Of a stretch of 64,000 nucleotides of DNA, positions 43,220 through 56,529 are shown piece after piece. A model generated the notes under the pieces. The model was not told the origin of the DNA, did not search any database, and worked only from the letters and a program-made list of their open reading frames with translations. Source of the stretch: Octopus vulgaris (lineage: Eukaryota). Every line of letters begins with the position of its first letter. Position 1 is the stretch's first letter. The stretch lies in the NCBI GenBank assembly GCA_951406725.2, contig OX597821.1, positions 47,678,001-47,742,000 on the forward strand, given 5' to 3'. Position numbers and translations under genes: made by a program.

Positions 43220-43480
43220 TACTCTAGTTTTAGCTCAGAGCTGCAACCATGCTGATGCACAGCCATTTTGCTAAGCTGTTATTATTGAGAGCCTCCTCTA
43301 ATATGTGGCACTTGGTAAAGAATGAAGTTTGATGTAGCTACCCTCATTTGCACCTCTTGCTGTGAGGTAGGTTCATCTGGGACTCTTGACAGGAAGAGGT
43401 CCAGCTTTGATTTAAAAACACCTACATCTACTTTGTGCAGGTTCCTCAGGCTCTTTGGGAGAATATTAAAAAGCTGTTGG
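43220..43480 (-). mobile_element. CR1-clade LINE 3' end
   Basis: Minus strand FNILPKSLRNLHKVDVGVFKSKLDLFLSRVPDEP..RVATSN, then a tail resembling that of SINE family A. Confidence 0.75.
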
Positions 43481-44063
43481 CAGTCTAGCTACAATAATTT
43501 ATTTCTCACAAAACAGATTTGTAAACTGAAATAAAGTCATGTCTCAAAAAGAAAACCATTCAGTTATTCATAAACACTAAAATTGAATTAATAAAAACCA
43601 TTTTGCACAGTTTTGTATATTTTACACATATGATACTGAGACATGAAAATTGTGTTTGTGCATAGGAATAGCTGAATATATCATGAGTCCCACATATGTC
43701 AATCAAATAGCTGGCTAATTTTCTAAAGTTATTTGGCAACCCATCAACTCTTGATGACTTATCATATTTTGATGAGCTTATGAATATTTTTGCTCTTATA
43801 TTGTTTACACAAGATCTCTTTTTGAATTATTTAAATTGACAGAATAAGAATTCACAAAATTTTAATTTCTCATAAAATATATAAACTGTTGATTATGAAT
43901 TGAGTACTTTTTCATTACTTGTAAACACAAACGTTCACCAGACTATATGTGTGTGCGGGTATATATGTGTGTGTGCATGTATGTATACACCTAAATTTAT
44001 GCATATGTGTATGCATATGTATGCATATGAATCTTATGTATGTATGTATGTATGTATGTTTAT

Positions 44064-44716
44064 GTCAGGTCACTTCCGAGTGCTACTGGTAACATGTAAC
44101 CCAGTACAACCTGTTGCATGGTCGGACACCCTGCGGGATGAAAAACAAAACCTGTCAAAGGGCAGAGGAACTCTTGAGAGTCAACGGCCATTCAATAAAT
44201 GTGTAATTTTTTCTTTTCTTAAGGCTTAAGGCTGTATCATGCGTGGGGACATAGAAATAATCGGACTGAATACCCGATTGCGTGGTTAAACCATTGAGAG
44301 TGAAGGACTCCTAGCCTTTGTTAGGGCATCCTTCTAGGAGAAGGTAACTCAGGTAACTGGGATAACACCGACATAAAACCTGCGGCTCAGTGGTTACTGA
44401 TGATGTTGACTTGTTCTTCTTTTCGGATTATGGCTGCTGTTGCTTAGTGAGTGGGATTGACTCAGTGCACAGCCTTTCCTCACTTTAAAAGAAATCTTCT
44501 TGCACAGGCATTGCACGATAAAGAGCATTGTTCATGATTGTTGATGGTGCTGTGAGTCTCAACTGAATGGCTGGCTGTAGCCTTAAAAAGCAAATAAAAG
44601 TCACATTCGATCGCAGCACCAATAACAGTTAAGCTTCGTGCAATGGTCATACTCGATAACAAGGGGGCAGCCATCATGTATGTATGTATGTATGTATGTA
44701 TGTATGTATGTATGTA
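44064..44716 (+). mobile_element. Non-coding retroelement with RTE-like 5'UTR motifs and (ATGT)n tail, inserted in a (TATG)n tract
   Basis: aaacctgtcaaagggcagagga..gagtcaacggcc and ggcatccttctaggagaaggtaactc resemble RTE 5'UTR motifs; no ORF; CpG retained. Confidence 0.5.
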
Positions 44717-45066
44717 TGGCCAGCTTGCTGGTCATTAAACTCCATCTTAGCCTGCTGAGCAACCATGGCCAAACATTGAAATCTAAAAAGTGGGATCAGA
44801 TTTTAAAACTGATTCTTGCTTTAAATACACTAAGTGTAGGTGGGAAGGCAAACCTTTCGTTGATAAAGAAGTAATGAAAATGACAAATATTGGATGGTGC
44901 CTGCAGTCATATTCTGAACTCCACATGTAAGCCGCTGGCCTTTGTTTTTCATGGTCTTTGGACATGATAAACTGCCATCATGGTCTTTGGTCATGATGAA
45001 TAGCCATCTGTCTGTCTGTCTGTCTACCTGCCTGTTTATTTATCTATCTATCTATCTATATATGTA

Positions 45067-45101
<35 letters not shown>

Positions 45102-45127
45102 ATATGTATATATATATATATATATTT

Positions 45128-45326
45128 AAAATAATAAGGATGAAAAATTGAATATTAATTTGATTAATATCAATTTAAAACCAGTGGTCTAGCATATAGA
45201 AAAATCTGAAGATTCAGAAAAATTTAAATTACATGCATATAAGAGGGATGACCACTAAGTGGACATCCATTATGCTAGATGACATCTAGCATAATGAATG
45301 TCCACTTACTGGTCATCCCTCTTTTA
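45128..45326. mobile_element. Fold-back element H3 (41 bp arms 45241-45281 / 45283-45323 plus ~110 bp tail)
   Basis: aagagggatgacca.taagtggacat.cattatgctagatg-a-catctagcataatg.atgtccactta.tggtcatccctctt. Confidence 0.8.
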
Positions 45327-45338
45327 TGTATCTATCAA

Positions 45339-45372
<34 letters not shown>

Positions 45373-45374
<2 letters not shown>

Positions 45375-45650
45375 CAATAATATGTTACATTACTCGATAG
45401 TCAAGATAAAACTCTGAGTTTCAGATGCTGAAGTGGAAATCCACAACACCATCTCTTCGGTTATCTGGCTATTTGAAAACGCTATGAAAAAATACCCAAG
45501 GAGATGGTGTTGTGGATTTCCACTTCGGCATCTGAAACTCAGAGTTTTATCGTGACTATCGAGTAATGTAACATATTATTGTTTAGATAAATTTCCTCTA
45601 TTTACATAATATTGAGGTCTCTTTCTTTCTTTTGTTATCTTACCGTTTTA

Positions 45651-45655
<5 letters not shown>
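45373..45655. mobile_element. Fold-back element, family H1, with type-I hammerhead motif (45405-45465, minus strand)
   Basis: Arms ~45374-45456 / 45501-45583 nearly identical; ~75 bp tail; (TA)n both sides; homologue of 3651-3948. Confidence 0.8.
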
Positions 45656-45719
<64 letters not shown>

Positions 45720-47958
45720 CATTGTTGTTATATTGCTGTAGCTTCTAAATGATGTTGTGGTGGTTTCTGCTACACATTTTAGGAGAAATCTAGCCACAAG
45801 ATGTTAGGAATTAGGAAACTGAGAAGGTACAGAAGCTGTTACTGTTTGTATTTGACCCCAAGTCAGCTATGACTGTGTAGGCCTATGATAGAAGTCTTTC
45901 TAGCCTTGACCATCCCTCTGTATAGAATACTACATTATTAAATGTGTTCTACCTTTTAATTGTAAAAGTTAGTGGTGCTTCATCATTAATTAGAAAATGG
46001 GAAAGTATTTTCTGTTAAAGTGAATCTGTTGTTATTAACAACTGAGTGACAGGAGTGTTCCAGTTTTCTTTCTAATACCATTTTGCATTGCTTTCTTAAA
46101 GACACTCTTTAACACAGCAGCAACAGCAGCAACAGAAGCAATACAAACACAAGCACTTTTGCTTTCCTTATTGCTGTTTTTTTTATTCTTTATTTTAATG
46201 ACTTCAGTAAACATACAAGAAAAATAAAACAAAAGAGAAACAAAACCTATTGCAAGTGAAAGGTGTTATCTGTTTCAAACAATCATCACATAATCATGTA
46301 ATGATTATTGGTTGTTTTTTAATCATTTCTGTGAATAAATCTTTATCTTTTGACCACCTCTCCATTGATGACTTTCCCCATCTTTCCTTATTTATTCACC
46401 ACTAACTTATTTAGGGTATTATTCATCCATTTTGTTTTTCAGATGGTGGTGTAAAGTATGGATGTCCAAGCAACAGCATCAATAACTTCAATAACTGATT
46501 AACAGAATGCTAATTAATTTCCAAGATAAATGAGGCTAAAGTTTGCCATGGTTGATAATACCTTGTGGTATTTTGGTTTGACAAAATATAACGTTATTGG
46601 AAAATTAGTAACTTGACAAGGTGATTTCAGGTGCAGCTGAGTTGAGCAACATTCTTTTATGATTGTTCATTAACAATTAACAGGTAATTCTAATGAACAT
46701 TTTTCTCACAATGCTAGGAAAGTATTGTAATAAATACACATCAACAAGAAATATCTGAACACAGAGGATTGGTGTAAACACTTGAAAATATGGAATCAAT
46801 TAATGAATTGTTATTTACTCCTTACTCAGCTCTATTCCTACAAATCAAGGATCAAATATATTCCATCCATAACCATCAGCTCTTGTTATTCAGACAGTGT
46901 ATCTGAGATATCCTTTCTCTTTTCTAAAGTGTGTGGGTGAAATTTAAATGAGAGAAAGGGGGAGGAGGGAATTGAGAGAGATTTGGTTATTTCTAACAGG
47001 TCAAGAAATAACTAGTTGTTGTTGTTTAGCCCTCAGGTCAGCCTTGATTAAACATGACCTAGGATCAAGACATTCCAGCAGTGACCAATCTGTCTTTTTC
47101 TTTCAGACACAGTCTACTTAAGATTAAATAATTCAATATGTTCTTTTTGCTCACAAGCATAAGACTATGATTTGAAGGAGAAACAGCTGTTATTTCTAGC
47201 TGGTTTTGAAACACAAAACTCTCTCCAGTTCTTGTTGAACCCTAACTCAGTTTTAGTTAATCAAGACCTTTGATCAAAGACATTCCATGAGTGACCATCC
47301 TTTCTGTTTAAGTTATTAAATTGTGATTTGGGGGAGGTGTGGTTAATATTGCTGTTCTTCAATTCATTCCAAACTTAACCACTGTGTTTTTTTCAGTCAT
47401 AGTGTATCTAGAAATACATTACCCAATGTGTTAGGACAAAAGGAATATCTTGATATGAGTGTCATTGCAGATGAGAACTGGATTATTAGCAGAAGGGATT
47501 TTAAACCAGTGCTTTAACAATCCCTCACCATAGACAGGTACTTTTATTTCATTGACCCACCCCACCAAGAAGATTTGGAGCAAAGTTGACCTTAGCAGGA
47601 ATTGAACTCAGGATGTGGAGAGCTGGAATAAATATCACCAAGTGGTTTGTTCAATGCTCTGATGATTCTGCTAATCCTAACCCCATCTTTATGCTTCAAA
47701 TACCAGATTAATAAGAGTAATTAATGGAACACTGGGTAAATAGAATTGAGTTCCTGATCATTTTTGAAATTGAATAAAAGACATAAGCAGGGTATTCAAT
47801 AAGATATGTTTTATTAAGATATGATATGGTCATGGCTGGAATGCCTTTAGATCATGATTGGTCTGGGGCTAAAAAAATAACTATAGAAAGCAACACAGAA
47901 ACACCACAACAATGACAATGAGGAATGTGTAAGGAAATCAGGCAAGCTAGCATTAAGC

Positions 47959-48190
47959 CTTCTTCTTCTTCTTCTTCTTCTTTTTCTTCTTCTTCTTCTT
48001 CTTCTTCTTCTTCTTCTTCTTCTTCTTCTTCTTCTTCTTCTTCTTCTTTTTCTTCTTCTTCTTCTTCTTCTTCTTCTTCTTCTTCTTCTTCTTCTTCTTC
48101 TTCTTCTTTCTTTCTTTCTTTCTTCTTCCTCCTCCCCTCCTCCTCCTCCTCATCATCAACAGCAGCACTAGCAACAGTAGCTGCAGCAGC
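47959..48190. repeat. (TCT)n tract grading into (CCT)/(GCA)n
   Basis: Direct reading. Confidence 0.95.
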
Positions 48191-48378
48191 AGCAGCAGCA
48201 ATAGCATTATTACCACCACCAGTGTTGCCACCCCCTCCTTCCCTCCCTAACCTCCATTATTCACTACTTGCCTTTCCTTTCCGTGTGTAACCACCAGAGT
48301 GGCAAATGATGTCCATTCCCCTGCAGTCTCCCATACAGTTCTCAGGTTCTTCCATTCCTCCATCCCCAAATGATGGAT

Positions 48379-48424
48379 GAGAGAGAGCGAGAGAGAGAGC
48401 GAGAGTGAGAGAGTGAGAGAGAGA

Positions 48425-48479
<55 letters not shown>
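48379..48479. repeat. (GA)n microsatellite
   Basis: Direct reading. Confidence 0.95.
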
Positions 48480-50944
48480 CAACTCTCGCCCACTACAGAT
48501 GCATATGCGATATACAGTCAGCAACAAATAACTGGGATAGCTCATATATTTCCATTGGCACACCCCAACACACTCACACACACACACACACACATCTAAA
48601 TACACATACACAATACATATGAGCACACAAACATATAGATGCATGTGGACAGACAACCATAAACACACATAAGCATACAATACAAAGCATATGTCTACAT
48701 GTGGAAACATTCATGCACACATACATACATACACATGCATAAATATGCACAGTTACATCCATATCATATATGTACACACACGTGCAAACACACACTCACA
48801 AATGTGTACAATACATGATCACACACATGCACAGACATACTCACACACACACGCATTTATATTTTGTTCATGTGTTTTTATGGAAGAGGGTATATGTACA
48901 TACACCTATATTTGTTCATGTATGTATATGAATGTAGGCATGAAACTGCCTACGTGTGCATTCTCATAGATCTTTGTGAGATTGTAAGTACTTTCATATA
49001 AGTGAAAGCTACATTATGTACATATGTGATTTTATATATGTTGTTATATGAACCGTGTATATGTTTGCACACATTCAACTACATGAACACATATGCACAT
49101 GCATGCATGTATTTTCCCACATACATGAACACAAAAACATGCACACGCATATCAATAAATCTACATGTGGAAATATTGCTGAAAGAAGAGAACTACTTCA
49201 TTTCTGGCAGCGAGAGGGAGGAAGAATAAGGGGATGAGTTTTGCTGTAGTAACCAATATTTTGTGATTGAGGTGGGATGAAGAGAAAGAGAGAGAGAGAA
49301 AGGCAATGATGATAGTCTGTTGGTGGTGGTGATGGTAATAAGCATGACTGTGGTGTTTGTGCTGGTGAGGAGCATAACAGTGGTGATCGAGGTGTTGGTG
49401 AAGGATATGCTGGTGCCAGTGGTGTTGGTGGTGGTGGTGTTGGTGGTGGCGTCAAATAGCAAAAAATATTTGCTACCATCTCCACAAGTGCAACAATGTG
49501 TGTGTTTCTGTGTCTTTAGAGACAACACAACGCATACTTTAAAAACAGACTTTCCCTTTAATAACAGGTTATTGTTATTGCTGAGAGAAAAATTCAGTGA
49601 GAAAGAGAGAGAGAGAATGCAAAAGATAGATAGAGTGTTGTCACCAAAGTAACTAATGAAACTTTCACTGCCTAACAGTCTGCTATTAAAAGAAGTTAGG
49701 CGCATGATTAACAAATACATTTACTGGCAGCGTAGCGATGGGTATCCTTGAACTCTATCCAAACCATTCCACTCCAAGACAAAGTACAAACTTTTATAAC
49801 AAGAATATTTATTGAAATTTGATTTCAGAATAATCTTGATGCTGGTTTCCCTTACATTCTGTAAGGATCATATTAAAGATTTCTTTTTTTTTAGCCAGGG
49901 CTGAAAAGCAGACACTAAGATTTGTGTGTGGGTGGGAAAGAGGTATCCTCAAACCAGAGACCTGCCTCAATCACTTGCAACACTAAATTCACCCATGGTA
50001 TCAGGTAGTGGTGTTAAACTGAGAGATGGATTAAGCCTACCACCCAAATAAGTCAAGGCGGGATGATGAAATCAGAACGCAAACAACTGAAACAAATACC
50101 ACAAGGTAGCTCACCCAATAGCTTAATATTTCTTCTGTTCCATCATTTTGATTAGTACTTTATTTATCGACCTCAGAGAGGTTGAATAGTGAAAATGACT
50201 TTAGCAAGATTTGAACTTAGAATGCAAACTGCTAAAATAAATACTGCACAGTAGTTTGGTATTCTTGATTTTATTAATTTGGACATTAATTAATAATTTT
50301 GACTCTTAGACAGAAATGTTTAAGTGACCACCACCACTAGCAACAACAACAACAACAACAACAACAACAGTAACAACAAAACTACCACTACCATTACTAC
50401 TGCCTCTATCACAACTGCAACCACTACCATGAGCACAATTACCAGTCATCACTTACACTGCCACAACCTTCATCACAACCAGCATCCTCATCACAACCAC
50501 CACCACCACAACTACCACCATCACTTTCATCACAACTATAGCCACCACCATCATGACTGTAACCCCTCCCATAAGCATAAACACCACCACAACCTTTAAC
50601 AACTTCATTGCAATTATAAAACCACCATACCCACCACCACCACCACCACCAATAACAACAACTGCATCCTCTGAAATAGATTATAGCTAAATCTTACCTT
50701 ATGGATAGATATACTGTATAACGTAGTCTCAGATTTCCACTATTTGGATAAAAGATGACACAACCATGTTTAGAGTGGTTTTGTACAGCTATTTACTTGA
50801 ACTGGAGCTACACAATAATTACTAAAACAAGCAGATGACTAATATGTATTTTTTTGGACAGGAAAATAATTAAAGCTAGTTAGATGTGGTAAGATTTAGA
50901 CTCACAACTAAAAGAGATATAACTAAATACGACAACACTTTTAG

Positions 50945-51330
50945 TTCTACCCCTCTACCATATTATCATACAACCATTTTACCATCTCTACCCTGGTAGT
51001 ACTCTATCACCTCTACCCTCTATCATTCTACCAGCCTACCATTCTGCTACCCTGCTCTTCTATTACTTTACCATCTCTACCAATCAACCATCACTCCCCT
51101 CTCTATCACTCAACCATTCCACCATATTAACTATTCTATTATATCTGCCATTCTCTCATTCTACCACCATACCATCTCTTCCACTCTGCCATCTTTACTA
51201 TCTCTTCTATCCCTATAATTCTTTACCATCTATCATTCTACCACCATACATTCTCTGTTGCTCTGTCACATCTACCAATATGTATAACATTCTACCAGTC
51301 TACCATCTCTACTATCTCTACTATTCTTCC
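50945..51330. repeat. Degenerate ctaccat(c/t) low-complexity array
   Basis: Recurrent ctacca/ctatca motifs with almost no G on the plus strand. Confidence 0.75.
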
Positions 51331-52116
51331 ACTAAATGACTTTGCCATTTCTGTGACTTAACACAATTTAATGGCAGGGGTTTTGTTGATTAATTTTTTG
51401 CCCAAACTGAACAATCACTTGATTTATCAGCCAATAAAGATTCCAGTGGGATGGCTTTAGAGACTGTAGTTGGAGTCAATAGAGACTATAGTGGGATGAC
51501 TTCCTCTGTATTACACTACATAGCAATTAGACCTGTTAGAAATAGTAGCTAAACATGTCTTAAACCTCACTCAATATTCTTTTAACCATCAATTGATGAA
51601 CTGGACAGTATAGTTATGAAGGTATGAAAAGATTGACTAATCATCTTTGTTGCACCCTTTGATTATAAGTCTTGTTTTGCTCAGAGCAAATCTGAAATTA
51701 AACAACCACAAGTTACTGAGATATTTTTCTACCTATTTCTGACAATCTGTTATACAGATTTTGTCATTTAATAATGCTGATTATATATTCATTTCTAATG
51801 AATAACTAATTAACACTTCATGTAATTTATTAAACAACAAAATATATATGAATATTTACATCTCTACCACAATACAACCATATCTGTTCTAACACAAAAT
51901 TTAAAATCAAACAATTTGCTAAAAATCATAGCACAAAATGTTCTAATTAAGCAGAATTGAAAGCAGAATTAAACTGTGTTAATTGAACTAATCTATTTTT
52001 TTTCTTTTTTCTTTTGTTTTTTGATAAAAAATTAAGATTTTGATTTGAATCTTAAAATTTTTTCTATTTTTAAATTGAATTATGATCTTTTATGTCATTA
52101 ACATGTATCTTTTTAT

Positions 52117-52870
52117 CTTTCATCTTTTACTTGTTTCGGTCACTAAACTGTGGCCATGCTGGAACACCACTTTGAAGAATTTTTAGTCGAATGAATTGGC
52201 CCCAGTACTTATCCATTTTTGGGAGCCTGATAGCAGTCTCTTTTGCCAAACCGCTAAATTACAGGGATGTTAATACATCAACGCTGGTTGTCAAGCAGTG
52301 ATGGGGGGACAAACACAGAGACACTGTGCTATATATATAATATATATATATATGATGGGCGCAATGGCCCAGTGGTTAGGGCAGCGGACTCGCGGTCATA
52401 GGATCGCGGTTTCGATTCCCAGACCGGGCGTTGTGAGTGTTTATTGAGCAAAAACACCTAAAGCTCCACGAGGCTCCAGCAGGGGATGGTGATGATCCCT
52501 GCAGTAGTCTTTCACCACAACTTTCTCTCACTCTTACTTCCTGTTTCTGTTGTACCTGTATTTCAAAGGGCCGGCCTTGTCACTCTCTGTGTCACGCTGA
52601 ATATCCCCGAGAACTATGTTAAGGGTACACGTGTCTGTGGAGTGCTCAGCCACTTACACGTTAATTTCACGAGCAGGCTGTTCCATTGATTCGGATCAAC
52701 CGGAACCCTCGTTGTCGTAACCGATGGAGTGCTTCCAATATGATGGGCTGCTTTCAGTTTCCTTCTACCAATTCCATTCATGAGGCTATAGTCAGTCTGA
52801 GGTTATAGTAGAATATACTTGCCCAAGGTGCCATGCAGTGAGCTCCTTTCCACACAGCCATGCCTGTGCC
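52117..52870 (-). mobile_element. Older tRNA-SINE family A copy interrupted by a nested SINE
   Basis: Tail half 52117-52350; head half 52740-52870. Confidence 0.8.
52358..52737 (+). mobile_element. Young full-length tRNA-SINE (family D) with 11 bp TSD
   Basis: A box tggcccagtggttag, B box ggtttcgattccc; TSD atatgatgggc at 52350-52360 and 52738-52748. Confidence 0.88.
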
Positions 52871-53283
52871 TTTATCGAATATTTTTCCATCATTCATTCA
52901 CTTTCACTCACTTCATGATGTTTCCACTTTATTTTGTTTTCCATCATATTATATAGTTTATCATTTTTGATCAGAATAGCTGTGCTCATTCAATGTAAGG
53001 CAGAGGCTAAAGGTCCAAAATCCATTGTGGTAGCTGTGTATCTCTCTTATAGCAAGACACTAGTGCTTGTCCTCGTATCATACTTTATCCTCTCAACATC
53101 TAACATAATATCATCTCTCTCTCTCTCTCCCTCTCTCTCTCTATTATAACTCCACTCAATTGAGGATGCATTTTTATCTGGCAAATTATTGGAGACCTCA
53201 CTAGTGTTGGTGTCATGAAAAAGCACCCAGTATACTCAGTAAAGTGGTTGGCAGTAGGAAGGGCACCCAACCTAGAAAACATG

Positions 53284-53537
53284 TGGAAGCGCGTGGCTTA
53301 GTGGTTAAGGTGTCAGCATCATGATCGTAAGATTGTGGTTTCGATTCTTAGACTGGGCAATGCTTTGTGTTCCTGAGTAAAACACTTCATTTCACGTTGC
53401 TCCAGTCCACTCAGCTGGCAAAAATGAGTAACGCTGCAATGGACTGGCGTCCCATCAAGTTGGGGAACACATACGCCATAGAAACCAGGAAACTGGGCTC
53501 ATGAGCCTGGCTAGGCTTTAAAAGGATGCAAAACAAA
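53284..53537 (+). mobile_element. tRNA-SINE (CORE-like) nested in an RTE tail, 16 bp TSD
   Basis: A box tggcttagtggttaag, B box ggtttcgattc; TSD caacctagaaaacatg at 53268-53283 and 53538-53553. Confidence 0.88.
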
Positions 53538-54142
53538 CAACCTAGAAAACATGCCATAGTGGACATTGAAGCATAGTACAATTCTCTGGCTTGCTACTTC
53601 CAGTCTTAAATATGATCAGTGTGGATGCGGCTTTAAGTCTTGTTTGGGAATTACACACTTCCATAGAATGGGCACCTCTTGCAGTAGATGTTCAGAGAGC
53701 TTGCCACTTGTTCTGACACATGCCTTCATTATGTTGTGGAATTTTCCATTGTTTTTTATTTTTGTTTTGCCTATAGCCAGCCATAGTGTGTAAAACATAA
53801 TAGAGTTGTTAACAGAGATAATGGGCTTTTTTTTGCTCTCTCTTTCTCTCTCTCTCTCTCTCTTTCTCTGTCTACTAAGGATTACAAGGATTTTGTTAGG
53901 TTGGGTCAATAGTAGAAGAAACTTGTCCAAGATGCTACACAATGGTACTGAACCCAAAACCACATAGTCAGGAAGCAAAATTCTTAAACAGACAGCTTGT
54001 ACATATGTGCGTGTGTGTGTGTGTGTGTATGTGTGAGAGAGAGAGTGTGTGTGCGTTTGTATGTATACTTTTTAACCAAAGCAAGCATGGAAAAAAGACA
54101 TTAAATGGTAATGATGATATTTACATACCTACATAGATAAAT

Positions 54143-54192
<50 letters not shown>

Positions 54193-55299
54193 GCACAAAC
54201 ACACACACACACGCACAAACACACACACAGAACACATACATACACACACACAGAACACACACATACATGCACATGTATGTATCTATGTATGTGTATATAT
54301 ATATATATATGTATATGTAAATATACATATATAAATGATGATGACAATAATGATATTGTATGTTCATGTACACACATACAATATGTAAATATGTATACAT
54401 AAAAACACACACACACACACACATACACACGTGTGTGTGTGTGTGTGATATAGGCTATTTCAGAAAGGAAGTATAATGAGATAAATGAACATTAGTGTTG
54501 TGGTGATGTAGCAGTTGAGGTGGTGGTGGTGGTGGTGGTGGTGGTGGTGTTATTAATATTAAGGGATATATTCAGGGTGTGTATTTAGATAATATCCACT
54601 AAACAAGCATGAGGAATAAATAGGGGCATGAATATTTGATGAAGCAGTGACTAATGCTGAAATTGAAGCTAAACACCATAAATACAGCTGCAGCAATAAT
54701 TCCATGAGCCATATTTAGTCACTACCATGGCATTGATGATTTCCGAAGTAAGCTTGGATGATAGAGACAAGATATATTGCTTCTGGAAGAGTATGGTACT
54801 GTAGCTTGTAAGGAAAGAGGTTCTTACTCTATCATTTAGTCAAGAGAGTAGGTAGTACACATGACTCATTGCAGGGCAGCTGTAACTGGTGCAAGGGAGA
54901 GATGTAGGATCTTCAAACAAGGGACCTGCACTGAATGCATATAACAGATAATGCAAGAATTGAACTCAGAATGCAAAAAGAATCAGAACAAATACAGCAA
55001 GTCATCTAGTCCAATATTCTTGTAATTTCACTAATCTAATGTTCTAGATTTGGTATGGTCTTATAAGCAAGGAGAAAGTTGACCTCAGTGAGATTTGAAC
55101 TCAGGTAGAGGGGTACATAGAAAGAGTACTAAAATGAAGTAAAATTAGGAGTGTTGTGAACTTGGAACTTAAAGAGATAAGCATGTTTTTCTTATGTAAT
55201 ATACGTATCCTCAGCAAAATAACATATTGAGTAATTCTTTGGTTTAATGTTAAATTGTTTTTATTATAACTTGATATAAAAACAAACATTAACAACCTC

Positions 55300-55440
55300 A
55301 CACACGGAGTGGTTGGTGTTAGGAAGGGCATCCAGCTGTAGAAACACTGCCAGATCTGACTGGCCTGTTGCAGCCTTCGGGCTTCCCAGACCCCAGTTGA
55401 ACCGTCCAACCCATGCTAGCATGGAAAGCGGACGTTAAAC

Positions 55441-55482
<42 letters not shown>
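55300..55482 (+). mobile_element. RTE 3' tail with long (GAT)n
   Basis: Near-identical to 8925-9087. Confidence 0.88.
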
Positions 55483-55483
<1 letters not shown>

Positions 55484-56275
55484 GGTGGAGGTTCTGATTT
55501 TATTCCCACTGTATGGCTCTTGGGGGCATGTCTCTTCTATTCAAACCTTATGTTGACCCAGGCATTATGAGAGAGATTGGGTACACAGACTATGTGAGGA
55601 AACTAATTTAAAGGCATGTATCTAGTGATAGATAGTTTCACCTCTGTATGGTCCCATCTATCTGAGAGATCCTGTTGCAACTGTAGGTACCACTGTTTAT
55701 AATTTGACCAAACTGTAAAGACAAAATACAATAAAAACATGCTTGTCTCTTTACAAGACAGAATTTATGCTGGTCAACAGGTCCAGAATGAAGCATTGTG
55801 AAAGAAAATAAGCATTACTGGAGCCTGTTTAGCTCACCTCTTCCTTTTCTTTTCTTCTTGACCCTTTCATTTCTTCTAACATTCTTTTTAATATTCTCTG
55901 TACATGTGTATGCATGGGTGCACCAATGTGTTTGTTTACTGCTGACATGGTAAGGTCGCCCAACCTTAATATTTATAACAACCTTTCCCCCTTAAAGTCA
56001 GCAACTATCTACTCTAACCCCACCTCTTTCTTCCCCCTCTCCTTTGCTTTATTCTTAACAATTTTATACAATTCTCTGCTCCCAAATATTTGACTCCTTC
56101 CTTCCCTTTTTTTACTTATTGACCATGATATTGTATGTTCATGTCCAGCTCTGGACAAAGAAAAGTAGTTATAAAAGATAGAATTACTTCATAATCAGGA
56201 TGTGTGGATAAATAGATGTATTAGATATCTAACATGACTTTTCCCATCATATTGTTATGTGCTGTGCTAGTGTTG

Positions 56276-56307
<32 letters not shown>

Positions 56308-56529
56308 GGTGGTGGTGGTGGTATACATATATATAAATGAAACAAAATATAAAAAGATGGAAAAAATGTAATAAAAAAAATATTATTTCATAAAATACTA
56401 ATAAAAGACCATATGAAAAAAATGAAGAAAGAATTAAAAAAATTGTGGTTTATGGTTGAATAAATCGAGTGTGGGTTTAGTACCTTTCTCTCCTGTACTT
56501 ATTCTCTCCTATCTGTCAAAAATTTTAAA

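Noticed and set aside
43362-43375. let-7-like seed tgaggtag
   Set aside because: Only the seed matches, there is no hairpin, and it lies within the CR1 fragment
43430-43490. Plus-strand acceptor and short exon (VPQALWENIKKLLAV)
   Set aside because: Better explained as the antisense of a CR1 ORF2 C-terminus
45241-45323. pre-miRNA
   Set aside because: Near-perfect stem with a 1 nt loop in a TA-flanked repeat context; no known mature miRNA recognised
52358-52430. Functional tRNA gene (also 33755-33830 and 53284-53355)
   Set aside because: No convincing cloverleaf or acceptor stem; these are repeat heads, two of them with TSDs and SINE bodies
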